Part shown: positions 40,434 through 54,249 of the stretch, piece by piece
Layout of the letters: each line of letters starts with the position of its first letter
How positions within the stretch are numbered: position 1 is the first letter of the stretch
DNA from: Octopus vulgaris
Lineage: Eukaryota
Length of the DNA stretch: 64,000 bases
NCBI GenBank assembly: GCA_951406725.2
Contig: OX597815.1
Span: forward strand, 52,638,001-52,702,000
Direction: 5' to 3'
The notes under the pieces: model-generated
What the model saw: only the letters and a program-made list of their open reading frames with translations
Database searches by the model: none
What the model was told of the DNA's origin: nothing
Made by a program: the position numbers and the translations under genes

Positions 40434-41164
40434 TGTATGTATGCATGTATGATAACAGAAAAGTGTATTTGCAACTATTTAGAGTTTCACAGCGGAGATT
40501 ATAAAACTATAGTTTAGCCATTTTAACTTCCTTTGAAAAATACGTTTGTATGTATGTATGTGTAATCGGACACATATACATACATAAATACAAACCTATA
40601 CACATGGACAAAGCATGCGCGCGCACACACACATGCTTTTATATGCGTGCGTGTATTTTACTGCAAGGTACGAAACAGTTTACTACCAAAATATGAATCA
40701 GTGTGTGTGTTTTATTAGTTTATGTCTATATACTTGTATTTGTGTTATACCTATATATCGGTATCACTGTATGCTTGCTTGAGCTAATGTCTTTATATAC
40801 AGTTGCAATGTTTTAATGTTTACACACTCTCAAATAGCTTGACAAATATGTGTGTGTATATTTTGTATGTAAGTATGCATATACATTAACGTATACAGTC
40901 ATGCCTAATTATACGCTCTTTTCATTTTCATTTTTTTCTTTTTTACCATTTTTACACAATTTTAAACTATTATCTCCTCTCCTTCCTTTCTCTTTTATTC
41001 ATTATTTTTTTTGTTGGTTTGCTCCGTATAACCTTCTTTGACTTCTGTAGTATTTCATTTACTTTATAATTCTTATCAACATCAAAAATGTTTAATATAT
41101 TCAACGAAGCTTCGAAGACACGTCACTATTTCTTTTCCGTGAGTGTGTTTTATAAATACATGGT

Positions 41165-41294
<130 letters not shown>

Positions 41295-41300
41295 CGTGTG

Positions 41301-41335
<35 letters not shown>

Positions 41336-43059
41336 TATATATATATGTCATCATTTCATATAAAATAATATTTTTTAAAACTGATAATTTTGTCATATAG
41401 TTGCTTTATAACGCAGGCAACCCCAACTTATATTTGGTTCATATATTCTGAAGTTGAAGCTTAAAATACCATTAATTTTATACGGTCACAATCTCACCCC
41501 CACCTCTACGCACACGCACGCACGCACGCACACACACACATACACACATGCACACACAAATGCACACAGACACATGCACACACTCACACACACACACACT
41601 GATACACAGACACACGGACACACAACATATATATAAACGTATGATCTTTCGATTTTGAAGATGCTTTGCAAGAATTTTTATCTGAAACCTTTTGTTGAAA
41701 ACCAATATTATTTGATTTCGGAAAGTCATAACCAATAGAGCCTATAAACATACGCACTCGTTGCTTCCATTTCAAAAGCAGTTGATATTTGTCTCTGTAC
41801 CTAAAACTTAAAAACAAAGTAGTAGAAAAACCAAACAGATCTATCAAGTCACTACCATGTAAGTGATGCACATTCAAGAAAATACTTAGCACTAACTCAC
41901 TAACTACAACTGCAAAGCATGCGTACCAAACCCCAAAATATGCTGCAAAACTAGTGTCATTACGTATATGAGAGGCATGGAGAGCAATGTAGGGATGTCA
42001 CAATAACCTACATGGGAATAACATCCCTGAGTAAAAGGATTGCAGAATCCTTTTACAGAGAGTATAGAGGAAAGAAGCATACATACGTACTATATCGCCG
42101 TGACTTACAGAAATACGATGACCCAATAAAGAAATGTTCAAAAATTCTTTACCGATACCCATAACCCGATCTTACGACATATTACAGACGTTATTACATA
42201 TAGTGTGCAATATTAAAATTTTCGATGTGATTAAGAACGTTTAAAATGTGGTTTTGCTATACAGACATGATAACATACAATTTCAGAAGAAAGTCTTCTA
42301 GTTAACCGATTTGTATGCTATTCGGATTACATGTAAAAGCGATTAATCGTACATTTTAATTGCTACCATATCTAGTCTTAAAAAGAAAGTATGGCGTGCC
42401 ATCTAGTACATTAATATTGAATTGCGCGTGGGCATTGCAATGGGTGTGTGTATGTCTGTGTATGTGTGTGTCCATCTGTGTGTATGTGTGTGTGTGTTTG
42501 TGTGCGTGTGTGTATGCGCGCGCTCGTGCTTATACAAATATATGATTACAAAGAGAAAAATTTAATTATTCCGACTTTACTCCGAGTTTCCTTTTCAATA
42601 TTCACTAAAGCTAAAGTTAAAGAATTTGAATATGTTGCGCATAGTATGCATTTTTGAGTGCGTTAATACAATTGGTTTGTTTATTGGTTTGATATGGCAG
42701 CGATTAACATACACAACTAATCGTTTCAACTTGTCCTGCAGGATACAAACTCGCAGGTCTTGAACGTATATGTTCTCATGTTTGCATTACAGTTAGACCT
42801 ACGAAGCTATTCACTTCCAACCTATACCAATGATATGTAACCATTTCCGATCCGGTCCACCTCCAAAAACACTTACTTACCCTTGGACTGTTGATTTACC
42901 TTGTGCATCAAACTAGCTGGCAATCGTGATACTGTCATAAGTACGGCGCTGAAATGTAAGCCCCTTGTAATCGCCATATTAACTGACAAGAAGACTTGTA
43001 GCAGCGCTGCTTTTGTGTTATTCTGCTAAAAAGTTAACGAAGTCATATATTTGCAACTT

Positions 43060-43270
43060 TTCAAGAATGCAGTAAGCAATACAATGGAGCGTATTGCAAA
43101 ATAAAAGAAAAAAGTAGTTGTTGAAATGAGAGGCTCACACAGTGCATACGATCATCACAACGAGTGTGAAGCAGCTGTTCTCTGTAGAACAGCAGTCGAT
43201 CATCAGAAACGCCAAATTATTTTATGATATTCAGACAATCTGACGTTCAGCAAAGATGGTAGGCCCAAAA
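43060..43270 (+). mobile_element. Possible decayed hAT transposase C-terminal (dimerisation) region
   Basis: TIITTSVKQLFSV resembles the hAT motif P.TS..VERLFS; nothing else is readable. Confidence 0.35.
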
Positions 43271-43754
43271 ATTGTATAGTGGCCAACCGTGCTGAACTTA
43301 TAATGGACTAATAAATTCAATGTGCCATGTGCGCCTGCTGTTCAGAGCTTTGTGTTATCAATTGTGCTTTCTTAGTTATTCTTGGCAGTGCGGTTTACTT
43401 GTTTCAAGTTTGCTATATTTTTAACACTTGTAAGAAGAAAAGTGTGTAAATTTTTCATATGAAATTGGAGAGCAAATTACTTGTTAATGACATCAAAGTA
43501 GAACGAACCGTTATTACGTCTGGTTAACCGATTGGTTGATCGACTAGATAAGTAGTTTGTTAATTAGTTGGCGAGATTAATAGCAAATTGTTTATTTCGT
43601 TATTATTTGGTTTTCTGACTAAACTGGTTGTTTCCATTTGATTGGATACACTGAAATATAAGGTGTTTAGCTAATATACAAGTTTAAGTAAGTATACTGA
43701 CTAATTAGCGTGCTGATTGGCAACATTGTCAATGCCGAACGAAATAACGTTGTT

Positions 43755-43885
43755 AGTGTCGAACGAGTGGGCTGGAGCAATGTGAAATGAAGTGTTTTGA
43801 TCACGAACACAACTCGCAGCCGGTCTGGAATCGAAACCATTATCTCACGATCAGTAGTGCAACACACCTAACCAGTTAGCTTCCA
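43755..43885 (-). mobile_element. Third tRNA-derived SINE head
   Basis: Minus strand CTGGTTAGGTG...GGTTTCGATTCC (B box) then GTGTTCGTGATCAAAACACTTCATTTCACATTGCTCCAG. Confidence 0.6.
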
Positions 43886-44039
43886 CACACGCACGCGCAC
43901 AGACACATACACACACACAATCACACACATACGCACACACGCACACCCATACACACACAGACACGCGCTCGCTTTGTATGGTAACTCCTAGTATACTGCT
44001 GCTCCCTGTGATTTTCCCACACCAAACAAAACATTACTA

Positions 44040-44561
44040 GAGGAGAATCACCCACAGAGAGCATTCCTATAAAAATTAAGGGCATGACTGATCTTCATTA
44101 TTGAGACCACCTTAAAACATTGAATCTTTATTCTCTCCAGCTCCGCTGTGAGCGCTACGTCATTTGCACAATGTTGAAAATATATCACTAGCATTACCCA
44201 AACGACCTTAACATTAGAGTTAGAATTCATTTAAGGCTGGGGCCAGGTTCCATACACCCCTACACAATTCAGACCCACAACACATAAATTCACTGCAGCA
44301 CAATTTCTTTACCCTCAACAGGTCCTATTCTATTTCACATGATCCCAAAACAAATGAATGAAGAAAAAAGGTCCCATCATCTTCAAACGAAAACTGGACA
44401 CGAAATACCAGTTAAGTCACTTGTAACTAGATACAGTTCAGTCGAAAACGACTCCCTACATGAATGGGCCATAATACCAAAAAACTTGACTTGAAAATGA
44501 CTTAACAGTCCCTATCAGGTTAGACGTGGCCTGTATCAATCATTGGACGAAACATATCTAA
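44040..44561 (+). mobile_element. CR1-type LINE 3' end
   Basis: E.PQRAF..KIKGMTDLHY*DHLKTLNLYSLQLRCERY..MLKI matches the CR1 motif LE.VQR.FT..I.G...L.Y.ERL..L.LYSL.RRRER. Confidence 0.75.
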
Positions 44562-44636
44562 CACATACACACACATGTGTCTATATATACATTCATACAT
44601 ATATAAACATGTATATACTAATACATACCTACACAA

Positions 44637-44690
<54 letters not shown>

Positions 44691-44708
44691 TTATATATAT
44701 ATATATAC

Positions 44709-44793
<85 letters not shown>

Positions 44794-44962
44794 TTAGGGA
44801 ATAAATCTAAACTTACAGGGAAAAATTAGATTTAAGATTAAATCCAATTTTATAGTATAAATATATTATATTATATTATATTAAATTAGAGATAAAACCT
44901 AATAATATACAAATAATTTTATGTATTGGCTTATGTTTGATTTGCCTAATAGTGGTTTTATC

Positions 44963-45016
<54 letters not shown>

Positions 45017-45338
45017 CCATCTTTCCTTTTGACTTGCGGAAATGTTATTGTTATTCGTTAATTTCCGTAAGAAATTTTATTTACTTTCTTTTGTTTTAAA
45101 GTGAAAGAGAGGAGAAAACACATAAATGCATATGCATACATCTTTATTGTATGTATGTGTGTGTGTGTATGTGCGTGTGTGTCTGCGTGTGTGTCTGCGT
45201 GTGTTTGTGTGTGCTTGTGTGTGTGTGAGACAGAGAGAGAGAGAAAGAGTAAGGGAGTGAGTGGTGAAGGTGTATATTCTTATGAATGTATTTTTTGCAT
45301 GTATAAGTTACACTCACTCTCTCTCTTTCTCATTTCTT

Positions 45339-45374
<36 letters not shown>

Positions 45375-45521
45375 GCACCTCCATTCTATATACAAGTACA
45401 TACATCTTTCACTTCCTCCTCTGTTTCCTTTTAAAACAAGTAAATAAATAAAAAATTTTTAAAGAATTAACGAACAAGACCAGCTGATCCAAGAGATTGT
45501 TCTGGAAGTCAAAGAGATGTG

Positions 45522-45596
<75 letters not shown>

Positions 45597-47893
45597 GTAT
45601 ATATATATGTATTTATGTATGTATGTATGTATGTATGTATGTATGTATGCGTATATACACTAGGTAACTCATCGTTGCAAGGTAATTTGCCAAACTTTCT
45701 GGATAGCACATCCACATAAATTAGATTTTCTCCTTTTTGACGGGATTTTTTCAAACATTTTTCAACACACACTTGCAAATGATGGGGGAAGCTTTTTTAT
45801 GAAAGCAATTTTGAAAATTTATAAATTCATCCTTCTCACTTCAGGACGGATTTTGTCCATTTTTTTCTTGCACTATACAGTTCAATGGAACGTAATTTAA
45901 AAACAATATTGAAATTAAAAAAAAAAATTCATTAAACACACCGCCTCCATTAATTCTAAAATTTCAGCTTTGTTTGCGAAATTATTTTCGTCATAGTTTT
46001 AAAATACGGACTGTACGAATCTTTAATTTGTTACTGTTCATATCAAAATAATTTTCAAACGAAAAGGTGTGTGATTTAAGGAAGATTTAGCTGATGTTTC
46101 CAGCACAACCTACAACCGCCTGATACCTTTCTCGTTTCTTTGCCGCGTGTATTGATGTTTTTAAATATATTTTCCTCATCAACACATGATTGATGATGCG
46201 GCGGTCTACTGCTAGGATTTAAGTAACAACAACAACAACAACAAATTTGCAATTAAAGTTTTAATCCCCATCCTCCATCAAGGGAATCCGTGCGTGTGTA
46301 TGTGTGTGTGCGTGTGTGCGTGCGTAAAAAAAACACATTTACTAATTCAAAATTACGCTATTAGTATAAATCACCTTTTACATACCTTTTTTTTTTTAAA
46401 TCACACTGCCTCCATAATGAAATTCATTACACATTTGCATACACACTCTCATGGTGAGTTATATATTTTTATATAGAGTGAGTGAGAGAGTGGGATAAAT
46501 GTATATAGAGAGGGGGAGTTTACTATGAAAAAAGCGAAAAGTGAGATAGATTGAGAGATGCTTTCTGTCACTGTCATAGATTTTGAAATTTTAAAATCAA
46601 GTGAACATTTTCAAATTTGGCATATTGATGTACTTTTTCACGCTGAATCCATCCGAGTTAGTGATTCATTTATTGAAGAAACATTTTAGGAGAATGTTAC
46701 AGGGGTTTGGAGTTTGATCATTTTAATCCAATCAGAAAACAGGATTTGCGCGTAATAGCTGTGATAAAATGAAAGTAAACATTAGAAGACGAAGCTTTAA
46801 ACAAAATGAAAGCAATGCGTGAGAGATAATACATATATACAGACAGAAAGAGAGACAGAGAGAAGCAAAGAGAGATAAAAAGTGTGATAACTTAGATAGA
46901 AAAGGAGAGATTGATGGCAATATAAAGAGAGTGGGAGAGCTGTCTGTCTAAAAGTTATTTCTCGCAGAAAATTATGTATTTTTATTATTTACGGATGACC
47001 TCTTTGGGATGCAAATTTCGAAAATCAAATTAGTTTTTCTCGAGAACACATCGTTTCAGAGCCTTTCGAGCCTAAACGCATACATAACCACGTACACTCG
47101 CTTTTGTAGATATAGACGACTAATCATTACTAATATTCTGAAAATAAACATGAATATAAATATGAAAGAGAAATTCAAAAGTAATTTTGAACAGCGTGCA
47201 AAGATCAAGGTCATGAAAACTTTCCCCTTCCTTCTCCTCACCATCTCAGCTCTCATCTCCGAGAAACACTGTTTCATTGCCACAGATTTTGGGGTCAGAG
47301 ATGTTTTTGATTACATCGACTCCAGTGCTTGTTTTACGATCCGGTTTGTGAAGAAAGATAAAGTCGACTTGAGCCTAATTTGAACTTAGAACATAACGGA
47401 ACCTATCTAACTACTGCAGGATAACTCCACCGGCTGAATCATTATAGAAAATTAGGCATCTCCACTCGCAGAAAATAAAAGGTAAGACAGAAAATGCATA
47501 ATACATAAATACAAGTTGAATAATATTCAGTAAGTTTAGCTGAGACTTTAGGATAATTTGCCAGAAACACAGACACACAGGCGCGCGTGCACACATAGAT
47601 ACATACAGGTTAGCGTACACAAATCTCTCCAGGAGTAGTTGTAATTGGATATATGTATAAAATGAATTATTCAGAAAATAGCTGGTCACTGACAAAATAT
47701 ATCAAATATCTTCATTCGATTGATGTTCTATGTCGATGACCAGTTCAAAGATGTTCGACAAAATTTGTGGTACACTTTATGAATGGTAAATATAAAATAA
47801 ACAAAACTGAAAATAACAGCATTTGTGTTTTAAATGACTTTTATGACTCTACCACAATGTATTTATTCTTATTTCAATTATATTTACATTAAT

Positions 47894-47924
<31 letters not shown>

Positions 47925-47961
47925 CATATGTACGTATGTATATATGTATATGCATATGTAT

Positions 47962-48690
47962 GTTCTCTTTGAAGTCTTCCTGTAAGGAAAGAGCTAGTTT
48001 CTAACAAAGATACAAAGCTTCGTCGTTAGAATGTAGATAACAAATACAATGTCACAATTTAAACTTGAGAAATGCCATGCATATTTTCACTGCTCCGTTT
48101 ATGGATTGTATTTGTAATGCGCGTGCTAGCAGGTCCGTTTCCTTTTTTAAACTTCTTACCTTCTCCAGATTGACACTTAAGCATTTACGGCTAAAAATGT
48201 GAATTGATACTGTGGGTATAGAAGCTAAATGTTTCGAAGCAGTTGTCCGTAGATATCCCCTTTCTCTTTTGAGAAGAGATATTTACATCAGCAGGCATCT
48301 AACTACTATGGCGGCACACTTTTTCTTAACTGTTCCAAAACGATGTTTGCACTTCATAGACGTGTTGATGGTGATGTTCTACCAATAATCCATGTCTTGA
48401 TATGTATGTAGTCAACTTCAAATCAGTCCTTTCTTTCGAATAGAATTCTGCATGGTTTTAGCAACTATATCACACTGCAATGGGAGGTAGTAACTAGATG
48501 ACATTTTGGGGCAGCTGCTGATATCATTTGTCATGTACTCCACAGAAATATGAGATAATCGACAGCTTCAGTTGCATCTCGGGGTTCCAACGGTTTCACT
48601 GTCTCTTTTACTTGTTAAGTATTTTGCAATCTCTCACTCTGGGATTGCTGTTGCTGTTTATCAGGATACTATACAATATTTGAAGGTTGA
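47962..48690 (-). mobile_element. REL-type LINE 3' part (CCHC and REL C-terminus), CATA-associated family
   Basis: SCRL....VE....ISSCPKMSSSYYLPLQCDIVAK and KCLSVNLEK..KETDLLARALQIQSINGAVKICMAFLKFKL*; TATG repeats on both sides. Confidence 0.75.
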
Positions 48691-48924
48691 ATGCATGCAT
48701 GTATGTATGTATATATGTAGGTATGTATGCATATAAGTCTGTGTGTGCGTGTATGTGTGTGTGTGTGGAAATATTGATATTAAGAACAAGAACAAAACGC
48801 ACACACACACACACACGTATATAGTATTACATATCTTACAAAAGCCTCCGTATTTTTCAAACGTATAAAGAGGATTATGTACTGCAGTAAATTTATCCAT
48901 CCATCTGTCCATCTATATATATTA

Positions 48925-50300
48925 TATGGATGGTCTACAAATATTCAATCACATTTTGGACACCTTCACCCATCTATCAAATTCACGACAAAAACCAGTT
49001 ACGGTGACTTATCCTTCCTGGACATTCACGAAAGATACGCGACTCTACTATGACAACGGATACATATTACAAAAATCAGACGCACGTCAGTAATTGAACT
49101 TGTAGTCTTGCCATCCTTCACACATCAAAAGGAACATTCCATAAAGTATGGCAAGACATGTCTGTGCAATGGTAGTCGAACTGAAAATATGTCAAATTCG
49201 ATTCAATGAACTCTATGACTTCCTAAAAGAAAAAAAAAAGAAAAAACAACAACAGAAATAACCCCTTAAATTAACATATGATGAAATTATAAAGGAGATG
49301 AAACTGGACATCATACAACTGAGGACACCTAAGAAATACACATAATTCAGGACTGACCAACGCTTTCTACACTATAAAAACAAACCTACCAATAATTTTA
49401 CAATGCCCCAAATGAAAAATCTGCTTGATGAAACAGTAAATATCAGCCATAAAATCTTAGAAAATATATCACGAGGCAAAATTCACATGAGAGGATAATT
49501 CAGAATTCTCCGTGAAAGATTGTGGAGATAATAGATGTGGAAATGTAACAACTTCAAACATTTGAACACTAGTTCTCATATAAAATTTTAAAGTGGATTC
49601 TTCTTCCAAGTAAAAGCAGATATGAACTACAAAACACAGAATCTTATATAACCAGGATCAATTGCAAAGAAAATTATATATGTGAAACCAACAATTCCTT
49701 TGCCGTCGTACTAGAATCCATAGACAATAGACCAAACAAAAAGAACTACGCAAGGTTTCGCTGAGTAAGCATCTGGAAATATGTGGAAACAACAGATTCA
49801 AGATATTTCCCTTCTACAAATGCATAAAGGATGACCCAAGTACCGGAAAGCTACGGAACTATATTTTATCAAAAAAATTCTTACCTATGCGCTGATGTGG
49901 TTGTGTGTAAGGAGCTTGCTTCCCAACCACAAGGTTTCGGGTTCAGTCCCACTGCATGACACCTTGGGCAAGTGTCTTTTACTATAGCCTCGGGCCGACC
50001 AGAACCTCGTGAGTGAATTTGGTAGAAGTATATATATGTATATATCTATGTGTGTGTGATTTTGTGTCTATGTTTGACCCCAACACCTATCACCACTTGA
50101 CGACCGATGTTGGTGTGCTTACATCCCGCAACTTAACGGTTCTGCAAATGAGACCAATAGCATAAGTAACTGGACTTAAAAAATAACTACTGGAGTCGTT
50201 TCATTCGAATGAAACCTCTCAAGGCGGTGTTCCAGCATGGCTGCAATCTATTAACTGAAACTAGTAAAAGAATAAAATAATAAACTAAACGCATAGAAAG
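48925..50300 (+). mobile_element. Penelope-like element relic (RT thumb plus GIY-YIG endonuclease), interrupted by a SINE
   Basis: LHPSIKFT, LSFLDI, TDTYYK, SCHPSHIKRNIP, CGDNRCG, NYKTQNLIY, NYICET, RIHRQ, HLEICG, FKIFPFYK, RKATELYFIK; ends KLNA* at ~50296 after the SINE. Confidence 0.85.
49889..50280 (+). mobile_element. SINE family A inserted in the Penelope-like ORF
   Basis: Colinear with 19158-19573. Confidence 0.9.
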
Positions 50301-50486
50301 GAACAAAAAATATATATGAATACATGAGAAATCCTTATTAAAATATTCTCATTATTGTTACTAAGATGACTGGAAAAATTCATTTAAGCAACCAACACAC
50401 AAATACTCTCTCACATACATACGCAAAACAGTTTTGATAGAGTCTATTTTCTAAAGCTGGATATCATGACAACTAACACAAATAGA

Positions 50487-51657
50487 CAGGGATTGGACAA
50501 AATAAGGGAAATACCTTAACATTTCAAACAAATTTATTTTAATACCAGGTAGTATCGCCTTTGGCAGTAATTACAGCTTGAATTCTATAACAATTTAAAT
50601 TCGTACAAAGTTTAAATTGTTTCCAAAGGAATTTTTGTCCATTATTCAGCTAAAACAGTCTCCAGTTCTTGGAGTGATGATGGTGAAGGATATCGACTCT
50701 TTACGTGTTTTTCTAAAATGCAACATAAATGTTCAATAATATTGAGATCTGGGGACCGGTGGCTAGATAAGATGTTCAACTTCACTAGAATGTTCCTCGT
50801 GCCATTCAGTAACAACTTTAGCTGTGTGAATTGGTGCATTATCATCCTGAAAGATTGCGTTTCCCTCCGGAAACAGTTCCGCAACCATAGGATGAATTTG
50901 ATCAGATAAAATGCTTAAATAGTCATGATTATTGATTCTGCCATGAAGGGAAACCATTGGGCTGGCGTATTTCCAAGATATAGTCCCCCAGAAGAAAGCA
51001 GTCTGGGTCAAATGCTCCACACGTATACTCGGCCGGTGGTCGCAAAAAAAAGGCAAGGGTGACTTGTCCGAGAAAATAACATTCTTCCACTGCTCTAGGG
51101 ACCAATTATGTAGGTTTTTACTCCAATCTAAACGCTTTGCAACGTTTGTTTTTGAAAGTAGTAGTTTTCTGATTGCAGCTCTCGGCGAAAAGTTTTTATG
51201 GAATTTGGGTTCTCGAGGTGGTCATTAAGCTCTGCAGTTATTTTGGGAGCTGTACTTTTTTGATCCTTTCTAACAATTCGCGTAAGAGTCCGACGGTCCA
51301 TATCTGAAAGTTTTGGTTATCTTCCGGAGTTTTGTTTCGACAAGGAGGGTTTACCCTCTTTCTCAAAGGCTGTCATTACTTTCGAGACAGTACTTCTTGA
51401 TATGCCAAACATTTCGGGTGTTTTCGTCATGCTATCGCCTGCCATACGAGCACCAGCAATTTGACCTCTTTGAAAGTCCGATAGATCTGTTATTTTAATG
51501 TATTTTGATTACCTTTTTCTGCAATTTTAGCAGAATATATAAAGCAACATTAATAATAAATAAAAAACATAAAAATAAAAAATGCTTTTGATGGTTTTAT
51601 AGATATCTCAAAATTATGATGCTATGATGTTAGGTGTTTCCATTATTTTGTCCAATG
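50487..51657 (-). mobile_element. Tc1-type transposon relic
   Basis: TIRs ATTGGACAAAATAAGGGAAATACCT / AGGTGTTTCCATTATTTTGTCCAAT; DLSDFQRGQIAGARMAG..SRSTVSKV; IFQDDNAPIHTAK; SPDLNIIE. Confidence 0.92.
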
Positions 51658-51789
51658 GCTAAAAGAAAACTGACCTCTGAAATTTCATCTATTTTTACCA
51701 TCTCAGAAAAATACCCCTTTCTACGGATGGCATGATAAGTGACCAAACAATACAATGCAATATCGACCATCAGACACCCCATCATTTTC

Positions 51790-51848
<59 letters not shown>

Positions 51849-52070
51849 TCTCACTTTCTCTCTCTTTCTTCCTGATCGTCATTCTTCTTTCCTTTCTTTG
51901 TTTACTTTCTCCTCTCTCTAGCTATGCTTCCAAAAAATCAACTTACATATACTTACATACACATACATACGTACATATATATCCACGCACATTATTCTTT
52001 CCAATTCAACTGCAGATTTTTTCAACTAACTCATATATATATGAAAGACATATTTTCTGTAAAAAACATA

Positions 52071-52112
52071 ATTCCTGAAGAATCTCTGAAACGAGATGAA
52101 AGCGCTAAATAA
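52071..52112 (+). ncRNA. Minimal type I hammerhead ribozyme motif (stem I imperfect)
   Basis: CTGAAGA 52075-81; perfect stem II ATCTC-TGAAAC-GAGAT; GAAA; palindromic AGCGCT; UA; stem I ATTC/AAT lacks its first pair. Confidence 0.6.
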
Positions 52113-52139
52113 ATAATTATCCAAAATTCTGACTAGTTT

Positions 52140-52760
52140 GGCTCTGAAGTTGGCTTTCGTTCCTCCTTGACAAGATCCAGTTGGAACTCCTTAGAGCTGT
52201 TTCTGCTAATTTCTTTATGAATCTGGTCTCTTTTTCTAGAAATTGGGAGCCGTTTATAGAGATCCTTGACTAATTTGCCCACAAACTTTCTTGCATCCAT
52301 CTCCGTAGCAAAGAGTTTGACTTGGAAATCAAATTCCCTCAAGTCAAATCTCCTCTAGGCAAATTTCCTCTGATAAAATCCCTTCTAGACAAATTCCCTC
52401 TGGTCAAATTTCTTATTCATAATGGCACAGGGCGTCATTTCATTTCCTTGATTATCTGGCTACAACGTGAACGGCAAGCGGTAGATTGAGGCGCTCAAAA
52501 GCTTAGAGAAGGCATTAGGAGTAAGAGATCGAAAATCACTTGTTTCGATGAAGGTGAGTGGAGTACAATATCCGACCTCCTGCCACTTCTGTTAATGATT
52601 TCTTGGTGTTTTTGTTTTATTCTACAAGTCTGTAGAACACTTCCAGCCATCCATTCCATCCAGTAGACCCTGCTTCCATGATTCCGTCGACTCAGTTGTT
52701 TCAGGCCACAATTCGTAAGTAGCTAAAATGCAGTGTATGATATACATATTGACAAGTCAT
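52140..52760 (-). mobile_element. HERO/NeSL-like REL LINE 3' fragment, interrupted
   Basis: KQGLLDGMDGWKCSTDL; GRRSDIVLHSPSSKQVI; FQVKLFATEMDARKFV; KKLAETALRSSNWI. Confidence 0.7.
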
Positions 52761-53858
52761 CGTAGTAAACTACCTTATGAAACTAAATAATATATAGATA
52801 ATAATTGACGTATAGAAGCAAAGCGAATATAGTAATGAACATAATAAATATAGAGGTTAATGAAACAATACTCTAGAAAAAGGAAGTAGATGATTCTAGA
52901 GTCATTTCATTGTACAAGGATTCACTCATAAAGTAAATAATAATAGGGATAAAAAAAGTCGCTTTATATAATTTAGTTTTTTTTTACATTTCGCCTTCTG
53001 AGAGGAATTGTTTAGAATTAGAAGGGTAGACTGATTTTCGTTTTTACCTCCAGTATGTATAATTACTTGCTTCATTATATTTAATTACCTCTGATGATTT
53101 TCTTGTTTTATTTCACAACTTACTTTATTTTCTCTGTCTTCTTTTATTTACATTCAGTTTTAGCTTCCTACGATGAAATGTCACAAAATAGAATTGTTTA
53201 CATACATTTTCTCTAGTATTACTTCATTAAGTAAAGTAATTCCTACATTTATTCTGTTCATTATAATATTCCGTTTACTTTCATTACACCGACAGCTAGT
53301 TTTTATTTACTGACATAAAGCAGTTTTCTACGAATACTTGTCAAAATATAAAAGATAATACACTCTATCTAATGGCTATCTATTCTAGCGTTTCTGGGGA
53401 AATCCTTACAGCTTTATTAACCTTTCATGACACATTAAAGAAATTACGAAACTGTCTATAAAAGTTTTAGGCTGAGTTAAATTCATCAGACGCCATAGAG
53501 AAGCTTTTTGAAATGTTGTTTTTGTCAACACTTCTAGACCAAATTCCCCTGCTATTCTCTATTAAGAGGTCATTTCCCTGTAGGGTATTCTTACTAGGAT
53601 CTGATGCCAAGACTTCGAATATGCCGTACCAGTATAGAAAAGATACGAAGATAGAAACAAATACGCGCACAAAAAACGTTCTCGGAACTGCTACCTCTGT
53701 CGGAATGCTTGGGTTTCGGGGAACACCAATAGAGAAACAATGACCCATAGTGTTAATTATAGTCTTTCTTTTCTGAAGTCGGCAGTTGGCGATTTAGAAA
53801 TCATAACAACGATATACTCGTATATCACTTGAATTACGTTTGAGATTAGTTAAGTATT

Positions 53859-53890
<32 letters not shown>

Positions 53891-54249
53891 TGTATGTATG
53901 TATGTATGTATGTACGTAATCCTTTTTATATCTTCAAAATACGGGATATTGAAATATTTGTACATTATTGTTGAGTTCGTCGAGTCGCACTCTACTTGTA
54001 TTCGTTTAATTTTCTATGCCGACAATAAGTTATTTATTTATTATTATTTCTTTTCTTTTTTGCATGGTAAATACCACTTTGTAACCATTGTAAGAATATG
54101 AAAGTCCTTGTCATTAGTAACTTTGATGATTATGACAGATGCTCTGTAAAATGCTCTTTAAAATATACAATGTGAAGATTAAAACATAGTCGTTTTTTCA
54201 CTACATGTCTTAAAGAAAAAAAAAACTCAAAACTGGAATATACATACGT

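Noticed and set aside
41730-42200. Possible second GIY-YIG relic (NYNCKA, TYMGIT)
   Set aside because: Motifs are too short and degenerate to support by eye.
45658-46030. Possible Helitron-like non-autonomous element (starts CACTAGG..CGTTGCA)
   Set aside because: No clear terminal hairpin and no second copy in the window.
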